Of a DNA stretch of 64,000 bases, positions 1 through 11,785 are shown in pieces. Under the pieces are notes generated by a model. The model did no database searches and was not told the DNA's origin. It saw nothing but the letters and a program-made list of their open reading frames with translations. The stretch covers positions 62,868,001 through 62,932,000 of the forward strand of contig CM075981.1 of the NCBI GenBank assembly GCA_038087875.1. The letters are read 5' to 3'. The position numbers were made by a program, and so were the translations under genes. The number at the start of each line of letters is the position of its first letter. Position 1 is the stretch's first letter. Origin of the DNA: Malacoraja senta. Taxonomy: Eukaryota.

Positions 1-242
1 CAAAGCCCTAATTTTGAGTGTCATCGCAAAGGGTCTGAATACTTATGTAAATGTGATATTTCAGTTATTTATTTTTAATTACTTTGCAAAAATTTCTAAA
101 CACCTGTTTTTACTTTTATTTTATGAGGTATTGTGTGTAGATTGATGATTTAAAAAAATAATTGAATCTATTTTAGAATAAGGCTGTAATGTAACAAAAT
201 GTGGGAAAAGTGAAGGGGTCTGAATACTTTCTAAATGCACTG
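1..242 (+). mobile_element. Right terminal IR/DR of a Tc1-like (Tc1/mariner) DNA transposon; the element continues upstream of the window
   Basis: Ends ...AATGCACTG followed by TA (243-244), the Tc1 CAGTG terminus plus TA target. Direct repeat GGGTCTGAATACT at 31-43 and 216-228 gives the IR/DR architecture. Confidence 0.8.
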
Positions 243-244
243 TA

Positions 245-1010
245 CGACACTTGACTGCATCTTTTGAGATGATAAAAGTGATTAGGGGGCGGGCCATGGA
301 TGTCTGTGTGCACTTTAAGACATTTGACAAGGTTCCTCAAGGTGCGCTGATCCAGAATATATGTGATCCAGTAAATATGTATGGGATCCAGGGTGACCTG
401 ATAGTTTGGATTTAGAGTTGGCCTACAACCTAGAAGACAGCAGTGGATGTAAATGTAGATAGGGTGGTTAGTATATTTGCAGGTAACACCAAAGTTGGTC
501 CAATTGGGGACAGTGAAGAAGGTTGTCAAAGGATGAAGCAGTGTAGGAAGGAACTGCAAATGCTGGTTTAAACCGAAGATAGATGCAAAAAGCTGGAGTA
601 ACTCAGCGGGTCAGGCAGCATCTCTGGAGAAAAATAATAGGTGACGTTTTGGGTCGAGACCCTTCTTCAGTCTGAGAGTCACGGGAAAGATAAACGGGAG
701 ATATAGAACAAGTAGATTAAAGATCAAGAAAAGGTGGAGCCCAGAATGGTCCATTGTTGGCTGTGGGTTAGGTGATAATGAGTAATACCGACAATGAAAA
801 GGATGAAGCCGGATATAGATCAGTTATGGATAAGGGTGGCAAAATGGCAGAATGAGTTTCATCTGGCAAATGTGAGGTGTTGCACTTTGGGAGGTTGAAT
901 GCAAGGGGAAAGCGTATAGTTTATAATGAGAACCTTAACAGCATTGATCTTGAGGGACAAATCCATAACTCCCTGTAGGTGGCCACACAATAGATAATGG
1001 TAAGAAAGCC
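245..1010 (+). mobile_element. Degenerate CR1-type LINE ORF2 (RT) fragment, interrupted by the 540-797 insertion
   Basis: Decayed CR1 motifs, e.g. ACATTTGACAAGGTTCCTCA (AFDKVPH-like), TTTGCAGGTAACACCAAAGTTGG (FADDTK-like) and AAATGTGAGGTGTTGCACTTTGG (KCEVLHFG). Confidence 0.75.
540..797 (-). mobile_element. Penelope-like (pLTR-derived) non-autonomous repeat with a hammerhead-like motif
   Basis: Family core TAGGAAGGAACTGCAAATGCTGG...GGGTCGAGACCCTTCTTCAG. Flanked by the 12-bp TSD AAAGGATGAAGC (528-539 and 798-809). Confidence 0.65.
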
Positions 1011-1050
1011 TACCACGCAAAACCTCGTTAAGTGCCTTAAAGTCTATATT

Positions 1051-1441
1051 GTCACCTTGTCGTGGTGGAAAAGCTTGTGTGATCCTGAGAGCGATGCTGA
1101 CTGGAGCTATGGTCCTGGTAGGGTCACCCATGGCGGTAAGGTCGAGGGGGAGGTCTCTGACAAAGAACAATCCAACCAAGACCTCGATGGTGGAACAGGC
1201 GGAGGATGATGGCTGACTTTAGTGGAGCATCACAACAGCTGGGAAAGCGGATGAAGGCAGCAGCAGAAAAGGGTCCCCGGTCGTCTTGGATTCCATGGCA
1301 CTGGATTCTGACCCAGATCTGTCAAGGATTGTGTGGTGGCTGTCTGTGCACCAGTCTCCCCACGTTAAACAAAGTCACACACGGGCATCCTCCATGAGAG
1401 GACAGTCATACTCGTTTAGAGTGACCGCCGATGATGATGAT
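1051..1441 (+). mobile_element. Non-autonomous RTE-clade (BovB/Expander-like) element: 5' UTR-like head plus (GAT)n tail
   Basis: Begins CACCTTGTCGTGGTGG...CCTGGTAGGGTCACCCA, resembling RTE 5' UTRs (recalled). Ends in GATGATGATGA. No RT ORF. Confidence 0.55.
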
Positions 1442-1691
1442 ATAGATAAGGCTTTCATTATCGTAATAATAGGATTCACTGGACTGACAGGTGGTAATGT
1501 TTATCTGTTAATATGGCCACATCGGCAGTTGCTCTTAGTTAGATCTCAAATATTATTGACTTTATTAAATGTGATCAGTTTGTGCATGAATGAGTGTGAA
1601 ATTTTTTTTCCCTTGTAAATGTGGTCATGGTATGCATCCGTCCTGTGTGATCAATTTGAGGGTGTTAATGTGTTTACTTTTGTACCTGCAG

Positions 1692-1783
1692 ATACTGACA
1701 GCCAGAACTATGATGCTGGATTTGGAAATGAAGATGATGCACTACCCTGTTCTGATGGGTTTGAGGACTTCAATTGCTTTGAG
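1692..1783 (+). CDS. RAB11FIP3: RAB11FIP3 coding exon (human exon 3 equivalent), DTDSQNYDAGFGNEDDALPCSDGFEDFNCFE
   Basis: Acceptor tgtacctgcag; 92 nt, phase 1 to 0. Donor GAG|GCAAGT (GC type). Peptide resembles the FIP3 segment preceding NEVTDSAY and joins 17195 in frame. Confidence 0.8.
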
Positions 1784-3273
1784 GCAAGTGTATGATTGAT
1801 TGTCACAGCAAAATATCACCTTGAGTGTTTCATTTGTTTTTGATTTTCAGTGGGTCAATTCGGAAATGTGCAACAAATATCACAAACCCATGTTGCTGCA
1901 AAGTTCTATTTCTGACTTTGGTGGTCAGTTAGGTTTGGCCTGTGCTTGGTGCAGGAAGTTGTAAGTTTGCTATTGACACTAGATCAAAGCACTGGATCCA
2001 ATCAGCACTGAAAAGCTACTTCACAGTTGCAGTGTACATTTAAGGAAATGTTAAATGGGTGTTTTCTCTGCTCAAATTGAGTGTTAGTTATCGTGGAAAG
2101 ACTGACAGGAAGAATTGTTTTCACAACCAGTTTTTCTCAATATATAACATGGCTAGGTAGCGTTGGTGCTACGACTGGTAACTGCTCCACTGGATTATCT
2201 TGCTGATCTGGATGGAGACTCATGTCACATCCTCAAGACTTGTGCGGATCAGCTGGCAGAGGTAATCACTGACATCTTGAATCTCTCACCGATCCCTTCT
2301 GAAGTCACCATCTTATTTCACATTTTACATAGTCACACATTTTAGAAGACTGCTATTGTCCCGATACGAATGAAAAGGTAGCTACCTTAATGACTACTGC
2401 CCGGTGGCTCTTACATTCGCCATCATAAAGTGCGTCGACTGCTGATGGCCCATATTAACTCCAGCCTCACAGGCAACTTTGATCCATTCAGTTTGCCTAC
2501 TGTCGCAACAGGTCCACAGCAGCCCTAAACTTGTCTCTGGAACACCTAAAGGACACCTGCATTAGACATTAACTATAGCTCTGCCTTCAACACTATAATT
2601 GCATCAAAACTTATCTTATAACATCTGGACTAGGAATCCGTTTCCCCCTCTGCCATTGGATTTTTGAGCTTTCAGCTCTGACCCAATCGGTGAGGATAGG
2701 TGACAACACATCCTTCACAACAATCCTCAACACTGGTGCATCGCAAGGATATGTTCTCAGTCCCTTATTTTACTCCCTATACACATTGTGCTGCCAAATC
2801 TGGCTTTAATTCTATCTAAATGTTTGCACTGGTGGGCTGGTTCACAAAAAAAATATCAAGACTGAGTACAGGAATGAGATGGAGCTTAGTATCCTGGTGT
2901 CAGGACAATAACCTCTCCCTCAATGTCAGCAGGATGTGGGAGCTACATGGAGTACATGCCCCAATCAGCATCAATGGTGCCAAAATGGAAATGATTTGAG
3001 AGCTTTAAGTTCTTTGGGTAAATATTACCAACCATATTGAAGCAACAGCCATGAAGATACACAAATTCCTTTACTACCCCAGGATACTTTCCCACCCTGG
3101 TCATTCCTTCTCCCTGCTCCCATCGGCCAGAAAATGGTGTGCACCACAAAACTCGAGAACAGCTTCTCCCCCTCTGTAATCGAGCTAGGGTACAATCCCC
3201 ATTCTCCACCCTACTTCACTGAGCACATTGGACATTTTCTCTGGAACTGTTAAGCTACAATGCTGAGAACTAT

Positions 3274-3432
3274 GTAGGAAAGAATTGCAGATGTTTAAAT
3301 CGAAGGTGGACACAAAATGCTGGAGTAACTCAGCGGGTCAGGCAGCATCTCTGGAGAGAAGGAATGGGTGACATTTCGGGTTGAGACCCTTCTTCAGACT
3401 GACCCACTGAATTACTCCAGCATTTTGTGTCG
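3274..3432 (-). mobile_element. Penelope-like foldback repeat with the best-preserved hammerhead-like core
   Basis: 14-bp TSD ATGCTGAGAACTAT (3260-3273 and 3433-3446). The minus strand reads CTGAAGA-AGGGTCTCAACCC-GAAA-TGTC-ACC. Partial inverted arm. Confidence 0.7.
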
Positions 3433-3502
3433 ATGCTGAGAACTATATTCTACACTCTTTATCTTTCTCTTTGCTCTATTGTGCTTGAGTTTCGCTTGAT
3501 TA

Positions 3503-3809
3503 GTTTTAGTTTAGTTTCGAGATACAGCGTAGAAACAGGCTCTTTGGCTCACCGAATCTGCGCCGACCAGCGATCCCTGCACTTTAACACTACCCTACAC
3601 ACATTAGGGACAATTTTTACATTTATACCAAGCCAATTAACCTACAAACCTCTACGTCTTTGGAGAATAGGATGAAACCAAAGATCTCGGTGAAAACCCA
3701 TGCAGTCACGGGGAGAACGTACAAACTCCATACAGACAGCACCCGTAGTCGGGATTGAACGTGGGTCTCTGGCGCTGTAAGGTAGCAGCTCTACCGCTGC
3801 GCCACCGTA
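3503..3809 (-). mobile_element. tRNA-derived V-SINE (HE1-like)
   Basis: Minus strand head ACGGTGGCGCAGCGGTAGAG (A box) and GTTCAATCC (B box). Central GGAGTTTGTACGTTCTCCCCGTGAC domain. (CTAAA)n tail. Confidence 0.85.
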
Positions 3810-5594
3810 TTCACATATAGTATTATCTGATTTGTTTGGACAGTATGCAAAACAGCTTTTCACTGTTCCTCTATACACGGGCCAATAATAAACCGAAACC
3901 TTACCCCAACATTCTATCCTCTTTGAATGCTTCCCTGCATTGTTTGTGTAAATGATGTGGTGTATGCCTCCTCCAGCAGCGCTTATTCCATTGTTTTCTT
4001 ACACATTGGACCCTGCTTAAAATGATACCCGCTGTGCTAACTAGTTCTAGAGTTCTCTGTCCTCCTATCCAAACGCTTGAGACCATGCCTCTCGATGTAG
4101 AATGTGCAGGCTGCACGCGGTTATGTGTGGAGACCTCAGCGAGCCCCTGCCCTCCACTGATGCTCCAGTAGCATTGATTGGTCCAGGGCGTGATGTGCAG
4201 AGACTGGTGTTGGACGAGCCAGAGTGAGCGGTGCAATGTGGGCTACAGGCTGCACCCTGCCAAGCAAGGCTAATAACAACTCCAATCCCTCCTCTTCATT
4301 AAACTTCATTCCCTAATCTTTCTGGGAAGTTATTGTCCCCTTCAGTGAAGACGGAACCAGAGTAAGTCTTGATTGTTCTATAATTTCTTTGTTCCCCATT
4401 ATAAATGTTTCTAGTTCTGACTATATAGCACCTTCATTGACTACCCAATCCTTTTCTAACATACACTGAGAAGCATTTGTAATTCACTTGTGTTCCTTAC
4501 AAGTTTACTCAATTGTATCTCATCTTCCCCCCACTCTCACCAATTTGTTTTTGTGGGAAAAGCAAGTGCCCATCCTTGTGTACAGTGATGCGGTGGCAGC
4601 TGAGAGCATGGGAGTGGTACAAGGAAGAGGGATGAAAAGGGTAGTGGCAAAACTGTTTCCATCCAGCTGGTGGCAGCACTTTGGTGATTTGTCTGGGCCC
4701 TTGCTAACTCTGTTTGACTGACATATTCTTCAGGCCTTGATTGGTGCTTCGACCTGTGGACATTGTTGCCCTTGAGACTTGTTTGTTTGTGCAGGGACCT
4801 CTGGCAACGCTGTCCCTACTTGCATTAACGATTCCTGCTCAGCTGGTTTCCCATGTTTACAAAGCAGTGCTGCTGTAAGTCATTAAAAAATAAAACAGCA
4901 TGTCTGCCTTTTCCCTTCAACAGATTTGTTTATATTAATTTCCATATAAGTGAATGGAGCTATAAACGGGTTCTTGGCACATAGCTTTTTAACATGAAAG
5001 CTACTTTGGGAAAAGTTGCAGAACTTTAACTTTGATAAAAAATTGTTGCCAATGTTCATGGTTGTGTTAAATGGTGAGAATTTTTTTCGTTTGGTTTATT
5101 GTCATGTGTACTGAGGTACAGTGAAAAGCTTTTTTTGTTGCGTGTTATCCAAAGAAAAGACTATACATGATTACAATCGTGCTGTCCACGGTGCACAGAC
5201 ACAGGATAAAGGGAATAACATTTAGTGCAAGAGAACTTGCGATGAAATTGATAGTGTGGCTGTTCCAGGAGGGATTTTTAATAAATAATTTGGGTGATGG
5301 CTACTTCTGAATTGTAGTCTTGAGTGGTTGATTTGGGGCTGTGGTAGTTCCTGTCTGATATTCAGAGACTTATGCCCTCAGCTTCTGCTGCTCTGTGACC
5401 TTCAGTGATTGCACCCTGAGAGTAATGGGCAATATTTTGGAGTAAGGTTATTAAACTGAGCATTTCAGTTTGAAGGATGTAGCAGAGAAATGGATTTGTG
5501 GAGCTATCCAAAATTATCTACTTTTATTCATTATATCTTGATTTGTGGATCAATGGCTTGATCAGTGTCTATTGGTCACCCCTAATTGATTGAA

Positions 5595-5897
5595 GTTATA
5601 GCATGAAGATATAGCATTCAACTCATCGGGTCCATGCCAACTATCAATCACCCATTCACAGCAGTTGTTATCCCACTTTCCCATTAACTAACTACACACT
5701 TGGGACAATTTACAGAGGGCAATTGACCCACAAACCCACAATCTTTGGGGAAATAGGAGGAAACTGGAGCACCTGCAGGAAACCCACATAGCCACAGGGC
5801 AAATGTGCAAATTCCACATAGCACCAAAGGTCAGGATTGGACCCAGGTCGATGGCACTGAGGCAACGGCTCTACCAGCTGTGCCACTGTGCTGCCCC
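5595..5897 (-). mobile_element. Older V-SINE copy
   Basis: Diverged match to the 3503-3809 SINE (GGCAGCACAGTGGCACAGCTGGTAGAGCCGTTGCC head on minus). Confidence 0.65.
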
Positions 5898-8319
5898 GGT
5901 TGCAATTGCAGTTGAGGTGGAAGTGAGTTGTTGCAGTGTTACATTTGTACATCCACATCTACAGGTGATCATTGGTCAGTATGGACTTGGTGGGGCGAAT
6001 GGCCAGTTTCCATGCTGTATCTCTAAATTAAATTATGTAAACTAAACTAAAACTACTTTGTATTGCAATGTAATGTACAACATCATGTTGTGATTCATAC
6101 AAATGACTTTATTCTGACACCTTGTACAATCAGTTAATCTGGTACACTTGCTCTGTTTGTTTATTTAATTTTTTTAGCATGTCGGTGCTGGTGACAAGGC
6201 CAGCATGTATAGTTCCTCCCTGCTGTCTCTGGAAATTACCAGAGACAGCAGGGAAATTTACCCCCCCCCCCCCGCTGCTACTGAACCACTCGAGCATTAG
6301 GGCATCTTAATCCAAGCTACTTCTATTAATTTTTTTATAATTCTAAATTTGAAGCATAAGCTGAAATTGAATTCTCCAACTCCCCCCTAGATAAGAGTTA
6401 AATGGAACATGAAATGATATGCTACAATGTTGACAATTATATTCAGCACTGTATCCTCCTCTTGGCTCTAACTATTGTACTTGAGCTTGACTTGATTGTA
6501 TTGATGTACAATATTTAATCTGATTGGATCGCATGTAAAGGAAAAGCATTTCACTGTACCTCGGAAACATGACGATAATAAATCTAAATGTATTCTCTGG
6601 GTTACTGCTGTGACAAAATGCCTTGCACAATCTGAAGTGCTGATGTTTCTCTGGAATGGAATTATAGTGGCACACGCCAGCTTCAGCTGGGTGTGCAGAT
6701 GTTGTTTCATTCCTCGATTGCTGATGGGGAAGTGGGCATAGATTTTGGAGAGACCGCTTTCCAGGAGTGTTTAAGTGAACTTGGTGATTTATAAAGGTAG
6801 TGAATGGGAAAGTGGACCCAGTGAAGGAGATCAAACTGTAGCAAGTAAAGAAATGACTTTGGAGTTGATGGTGTGTAGCTTTTCTTGAGTTAATGTTTAT
6901 AAAATAAACACCTGTACAGGTTGCCGGTATAAACAAATCTTTGGAGTCATTTAAACAGCAATCGGATGCTGTATAGAGTCATTGTAGATGGTTAAATAAT
7001 GATGGGCCACATGGCCATTCCCTGTGGTTATCTTGTCGCTGTCATGCAAATTGGATCGCTCCCAGAATCAATACAACCACTGTCCAGGTAATGTCAAGTT
7101 TTAAATGCATGATTCTGTATGTTTCAGATGCAACAGATAAAAGTCCTGTTTATACTGTCTACACTTGTGTATAAATCTTCTCTTATCCTTGTTGCTGACA
7201 TTGTTTATCTCCACCCAGTGCTGAAGGGCACTGGTGATATGGAAAATTTATCAGTAAACCTTCGGAGAGCCACAAATCTCAAGGGTGCCTGAATTTGTGA
7301 TATTCTGCCCAGAGCAAAACCATGCAGTCCTTCAATTCAGTTGTAACTATAAATCGTCTGTACATCTGCAATTATGTAGAAATTAGTTACTGACAAAACA
7401 AATGTGGAACAAATACCATGGAACCAAAGGGGTATGATGCTGGGGGTGTAACGTTAACTTTAAATAGATGATTAATAGCGATCCTGTCGCAATAGGAAAT
7501 TTGTGCTTAATCATGTTTGTGTGTGAATTTGCAGGGGCCTTCATTTCAAGTTCATAAAGTCAAGTTTAAGCACTATTTGAAGCATGAGCCTGACGGCATT
7601 TATTTGGACTTTGCTAATCAACATTCCCTTGATCACATTTCAGCTGACTGAGAATTTACCTGAATTGTTTACACAAGGACCCAGCTCCAAGTCTGTTTGC
7701 TGTTGAATTTGTTATCTAGTTTACATATAAGTGGGTGTTGCTTCTAGACGGAATTTGGTTAAATTATTTTCACTAGTTTCGGTGTGATGGTATGTTTTAA
7801 GAGGCACCATGCATAAACAGGAAGTGCATGTTGGGCATGTTACATGCAGTTGATTTTCGATACTTGATGAAATATTCAAGTGAGGGGAAGGAAACTATAT
7901 ACAGGCTGTTCTATTAACGTGCGACCTAGCTACTGCTTGCAGCTTTTGGAACTGGTGTGGCGAGACCTGAAATTAAGCATGTATATGGAGGAGAAGGCTG
8001 AGTCTGTGCAGGGTGTTGGTGAGTTTGGATTGCTACTTTCAATACTTCAGAACTCTGGCTGGCTTTCCTTGAGTCCAGAGAAATAGAACTAAGCAAGGGT
8101 CAGAAATGTTTTTCATTCATTCCAGGGTATGTTCGTGTTAAAACCAATGTCCAGTGGATGTATTCTTTCCAAGTCAGGATGGCGAGTGATTTGCGGGGGT
8201 ACTTGGAGATGGGAGTGTTCGCATCAAATTCAAACTAGTTTGTCGTGTGCACTGGGGTGCAACGAAATTTATTTTTAGCATGAAGCTCACAGAGTAAACA
8301 GTGTATATGATAATAGAAT

Positions 8320-8609
8320 AGTTTAGACTTTAGTGATACAGTGTGAAAACGGGCCTTTGGCCCTCTGAGTCCACAATGACCAGCGATCACCCCGTACACT
8401 AGCACTATCCTACACACTAAGAACAATTATACAGAATTCAATTAACCTACAAACCTATATGTCTTTGGAGTGTTGGAGGAAACCAGAGCACCCGGAGAAA
8501 ACCTACAGTCACAGGGAGAACGTATAAACTCCGTACAGACACTAGTCAAGATCAAACCCAGTTCTCGCGCTGAAAAGTAGCAACTCTACCACTGCGCTAC
8601 TGTGCTGCC
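8320..8609 (-). mobile_element. V-SINE (HE1-like)
   Basis: Same head, body and tail as 3503-3809. Confidence 0.8.
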
Positions 8610-8699
8610 TTATAAATAATAAATAACATTAATGCAAAGCAGCAGAATAGTATGAACATCGTAGTACAATCTGAAGTAGTGCATCAACAGACTAACCAA

Positions 8700-9650
8700 A
8701 TGAGGTAGAGGTGCCTCTTGTACCTAAGAAAGTAAGGGCTTTGTTTGCTTGATCACCACATCAATATGAAAGGTCCAGGTTAGGTTGCTGGTAACATGAA
8801 TGCCTAGGAACGTGAAGCTGTCGCTCATCTCCACAGCAGCGCAGTTGATAGCAGGGTTATCATCCACCTGGTTGATTTGGGAGAGCGGCCAACTCTTCTG
8901 CTTTGCTGATGTTAAGGATTGGGTGATTGATCTGACACCATGATACAAGATTCCCAACCTCCTTCCTGTACTATCACTTGTTGTTAACCCAGCCAACAAC
9001 AATGGTATCATCAGAGAATTAAAGATTAAGATGATGTTATACTCAGCTACACGATCATGGGTGCACAGAAAGTAGAGTACAGTGGCTCAGCGGTAGAGTT
9101 GCTGCCTTACAGCATCAGAGACCCGGTTTGATCCTGACCATGGGTACTGGCTGTACGGAGTTTGTACATTCTTATGACTGCATGGATTTCCTCTGACTGA
9201 CAAAGATGTGCAGGTTAATTGGCTTCTGTAAATTGTCCCTGGAGTGTAGGATAGAGCTAGTGTACAGGTGGTCACTGGTCGGCGTGGACTCGAAGGAACG
9301 AATGGCCTGTTTCCACGTTGGATCTCTGAACTACGCAGGGCACAAAACCCTGAGGGGCACCAGTGTTGAGCATCAGGGTGGAGGAAATGTTACGACTAAC
9401 TCTAACTGAATGAGGTCTGCAGGTCAGGAAGTCCAGAAGCCATCTGCAGATGGAGGTCCCCCAGGAGGTTCGCTATGAGCTGCTTTGGTACTATGGGGCT
9501 GAAGATTGACCTGCAATTAATGAATTGCATCCTGACGTAGGTGTTCTTACTGTCGAGGTGATCCAGAACAGAATGTATTGCAAGGGGTGTTACATCGCCT
9601 GTAGACTTATTTTCCTGTACACAGATTGCAAGGGGTCTAGATTTCCTGTA
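8700..9650 (-). mobile_element. Degenerate Rex1/Babar LINE fragment, interrupted by a V-SINE
   Basis: Minus-strand peptides include SFTFLGIHVTSNLTW and HSVLDHLDSKNTYVRMQFINCRSIFSPIVP, typical of Rex1 RT. Confidence 0.7.
9078..9332 (+). mobile_element. V-SINE (HE1-like)
   Basis: CAGTGGCTCAGCGGTAGAGTTGCTGCCTTACAGC head and GGCCTGTTTCCAC tail. Confidence 0.8.
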
Positions 9651-10786
9651 GAGTGTAGACAATTCTCATCCCTCAAATGGTGGTCAAGTATTTGTGATGT
9701 TGGAAAATCAGCTGTCAGTGGGTACAAGGAAAGAGTGGACTAGTACCAAGGTGTCTAGACATGAGATATTCAGGGAGTGCGGTACCAAACAAACAATACT
9801 CTAGAACTGCTGTTGTCAGACCTTTTGCAGTGTATTCCATGAATACATTGTACGTTTTGGTCGATACACTGCCTCGGAGGTCACTTTTAATCCAGGATAG
9901 CCTGCAGTAGCCAGTTCTTGCATGATTCATGATAATTGCGTTCAGCTCAGATTGAATTTGCCCTGGTCTGAAATGAGCATCTTTGTTTAACTTCCAAAGA
10001 TAATTAAGAATGCAGTTGCATATCTCTATCAGATATATTTAATCTAATTTTGTTCTGTTTTATGAACAAAATTAATATGTGGGATGTGTTACCCTAAAAT
10101 TCTTTCTGCTGTGATGTAATTTTTTTTTATTTCTATAATTATCTGAGGAAGCCTTTCCTTGTTCTCTATTTGAGAGATGTCCTTAATGTAGAAGAATTTT
10201 CAAAATCAATCTGATGGAGGAACTCACCCGGTCAGGCAGCATCTGTGGGGGCAAAAGAAAGACAAATATTTCGGGTCCGGGCCTTCATGCAGACTGACCC
10301 ACTGAGTTTCTCCAACTTTTTTTTGGTGTTTTTTTTTGCTTGAGTTTCTGGCCTCTGGGTGTGCTTTATAGATGCTGCTGGCCGGTGGCAAGGCTGCCTT
10401 GTACTTGACCATTGGTCACTATAGTTGTATTGACACTGGTGGTGTTTTTCACTGCTACTTGTTTGATCCCCTGAGTTCCACTTGCTCAAATAGTGAACGA
10501 TAAACACAGTTGATGCCTGACCCTGCATTTATAGATGTGTCCACAGTGGTTCTCCCGAGTGTGTCATTCAATCCTCCTGCGCAAGAGGGTTTTTAATTGA
10601 CCAGAGGAACCGGCCTGCTGTCTGGATCCTGGGAAGGACAATTGTAGATCGCCTCATAAGGAGGAGCACATGGGATGCATTTAGGCAATTAGATCTGCAT
10701 TCTCATTGACAGCCCTTAGCCCCATTGTTGCAGAATCTTTGTAGCTGATCTTGTCCTTGTGGTCAGTCGTCGAGGTTACTCAATTA

Positions 10787-11670
10787 GTCATAGTCATACA
10801 GCATGCTTAACTTGCCTATGCCAACCAAGATACTGCATCTAGGCTAGTTCTACCTGCCTGCAATTAGCCCACATCCCTCTAATTTTTTCCTTTTCATGTA
10901 GCTATACAAATGTCTTTTAAATGTTATAGTACCTGCCTCAACTACCTCCTCTGGCAACTTCTTTCATATACCCACTACACTCTATATTTAAAAAAAAGTT
11001 AAAAAAAGAAGGTTGTCCCTCAGTTTCCTATTACATCTTTCCCCTCAACTCAAACCTGTGTCCCTCGTTCTTGATTTCTCTACCCTGGGTAAAAGACTCT
11101 GTACATTCATCCTATCTTTTCCCCTCATGATTTTATATACCCCTATAAGATCACACCTTGGCCTCCTGCGCTCCAAGGAATAGTCCTAGCCTGCCCATCG
11201 TCTCCTTATTGCTCAGGCCCTCGAGTTTAGTTTAGAGATACAGCGCGGAAACAGGCCCTTCGGCCCACTGGGTCCGCCCCGACCAGCGATCCCCGCATAT
11301 TAACACGAACTTACACACACACACAACGGACATTTTTTACATTTACCAAGCCAATTTACCAACCTACCTGTATGTCTTTGGAGTGTGGGAGGAAACCAAA
11401 GATCTCAGATAAAACCTACGCAGGTCACGGAGAGAACGTACAAACTCCGAACAGGCAGCACCCATAGTTGGGATCGAACCCGGGTCTCCGGCGCTGCATG
11501 CGTTGTAAGGCAGCAACTCGACCGCTGTGCCGCCACAGTCTTGGCCACATTCTTGTAAATCTTCTCTGCACTCTTTGCAGCTTATTGACATTCTTATAGC
11601 GAGGTGACCAAAACTGAACACATGCTGTCTCATCTTATACAACTAACAACATCCCAACTTTTATATTCAA
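10787..11670 (-). mobile_element. CR1-type LINE 3' fragment with a nested V-SINE
   Basis: Minus strand matches the CR1 ORF2 C-terminus and 3' UTR seen at 24706-25221 and 54797-55268. Confidence 0.7.
11224..11538 (-). mobile_element. Young V-SINE (HE1-like)
   Basis: CpG-rich; B box GGTTCGATCCC; tail GGGCCGAAGGGCCTGTTTCCGCGCTGTATCTCTAAACTAAAC. Confidence 0.85.
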
Positions 11671-11785
11671 TTGTCAGTTGATTCAATTCAAATTCATCAG
11701 TCACACAAGCCTCCATGGTCATGTGTCGATAGCTGGTCACTAACCACTGAACCAGATGAACAAGAATCCAGACTTGCCCACTTGG

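Larger units (their letters stand above)
2220..3900 (+). mobile_element. Degenerate Rex1/Babar-clade LINE (RT region plus 3' end), interrupted by two younger insertions
   Basis: Motifs LKTCADQLAEVITDILNLS, NDY(R)PVALT, QFAY, YSSAFNTI and NTGAxQGxVLSPL. The 3' tail CTTTTCACTGT...AATAATAAACC lies near 3860-3900. Confidence 0.75.

Noticed and set aside
3740-3809. tRNA genes
   Set aside because: The A/B boxes belong to tRNA-derived SINE heads that continue into SINE body and tail.
6900-7090. Possible extra exon or enhancer (CAG|GTAATG donor-like site, ATGCAAAT octamer)
   Set aside because: No convincing open frame or FIP3 similarity. Single short motifs are not sufficient evidence without conservation data.
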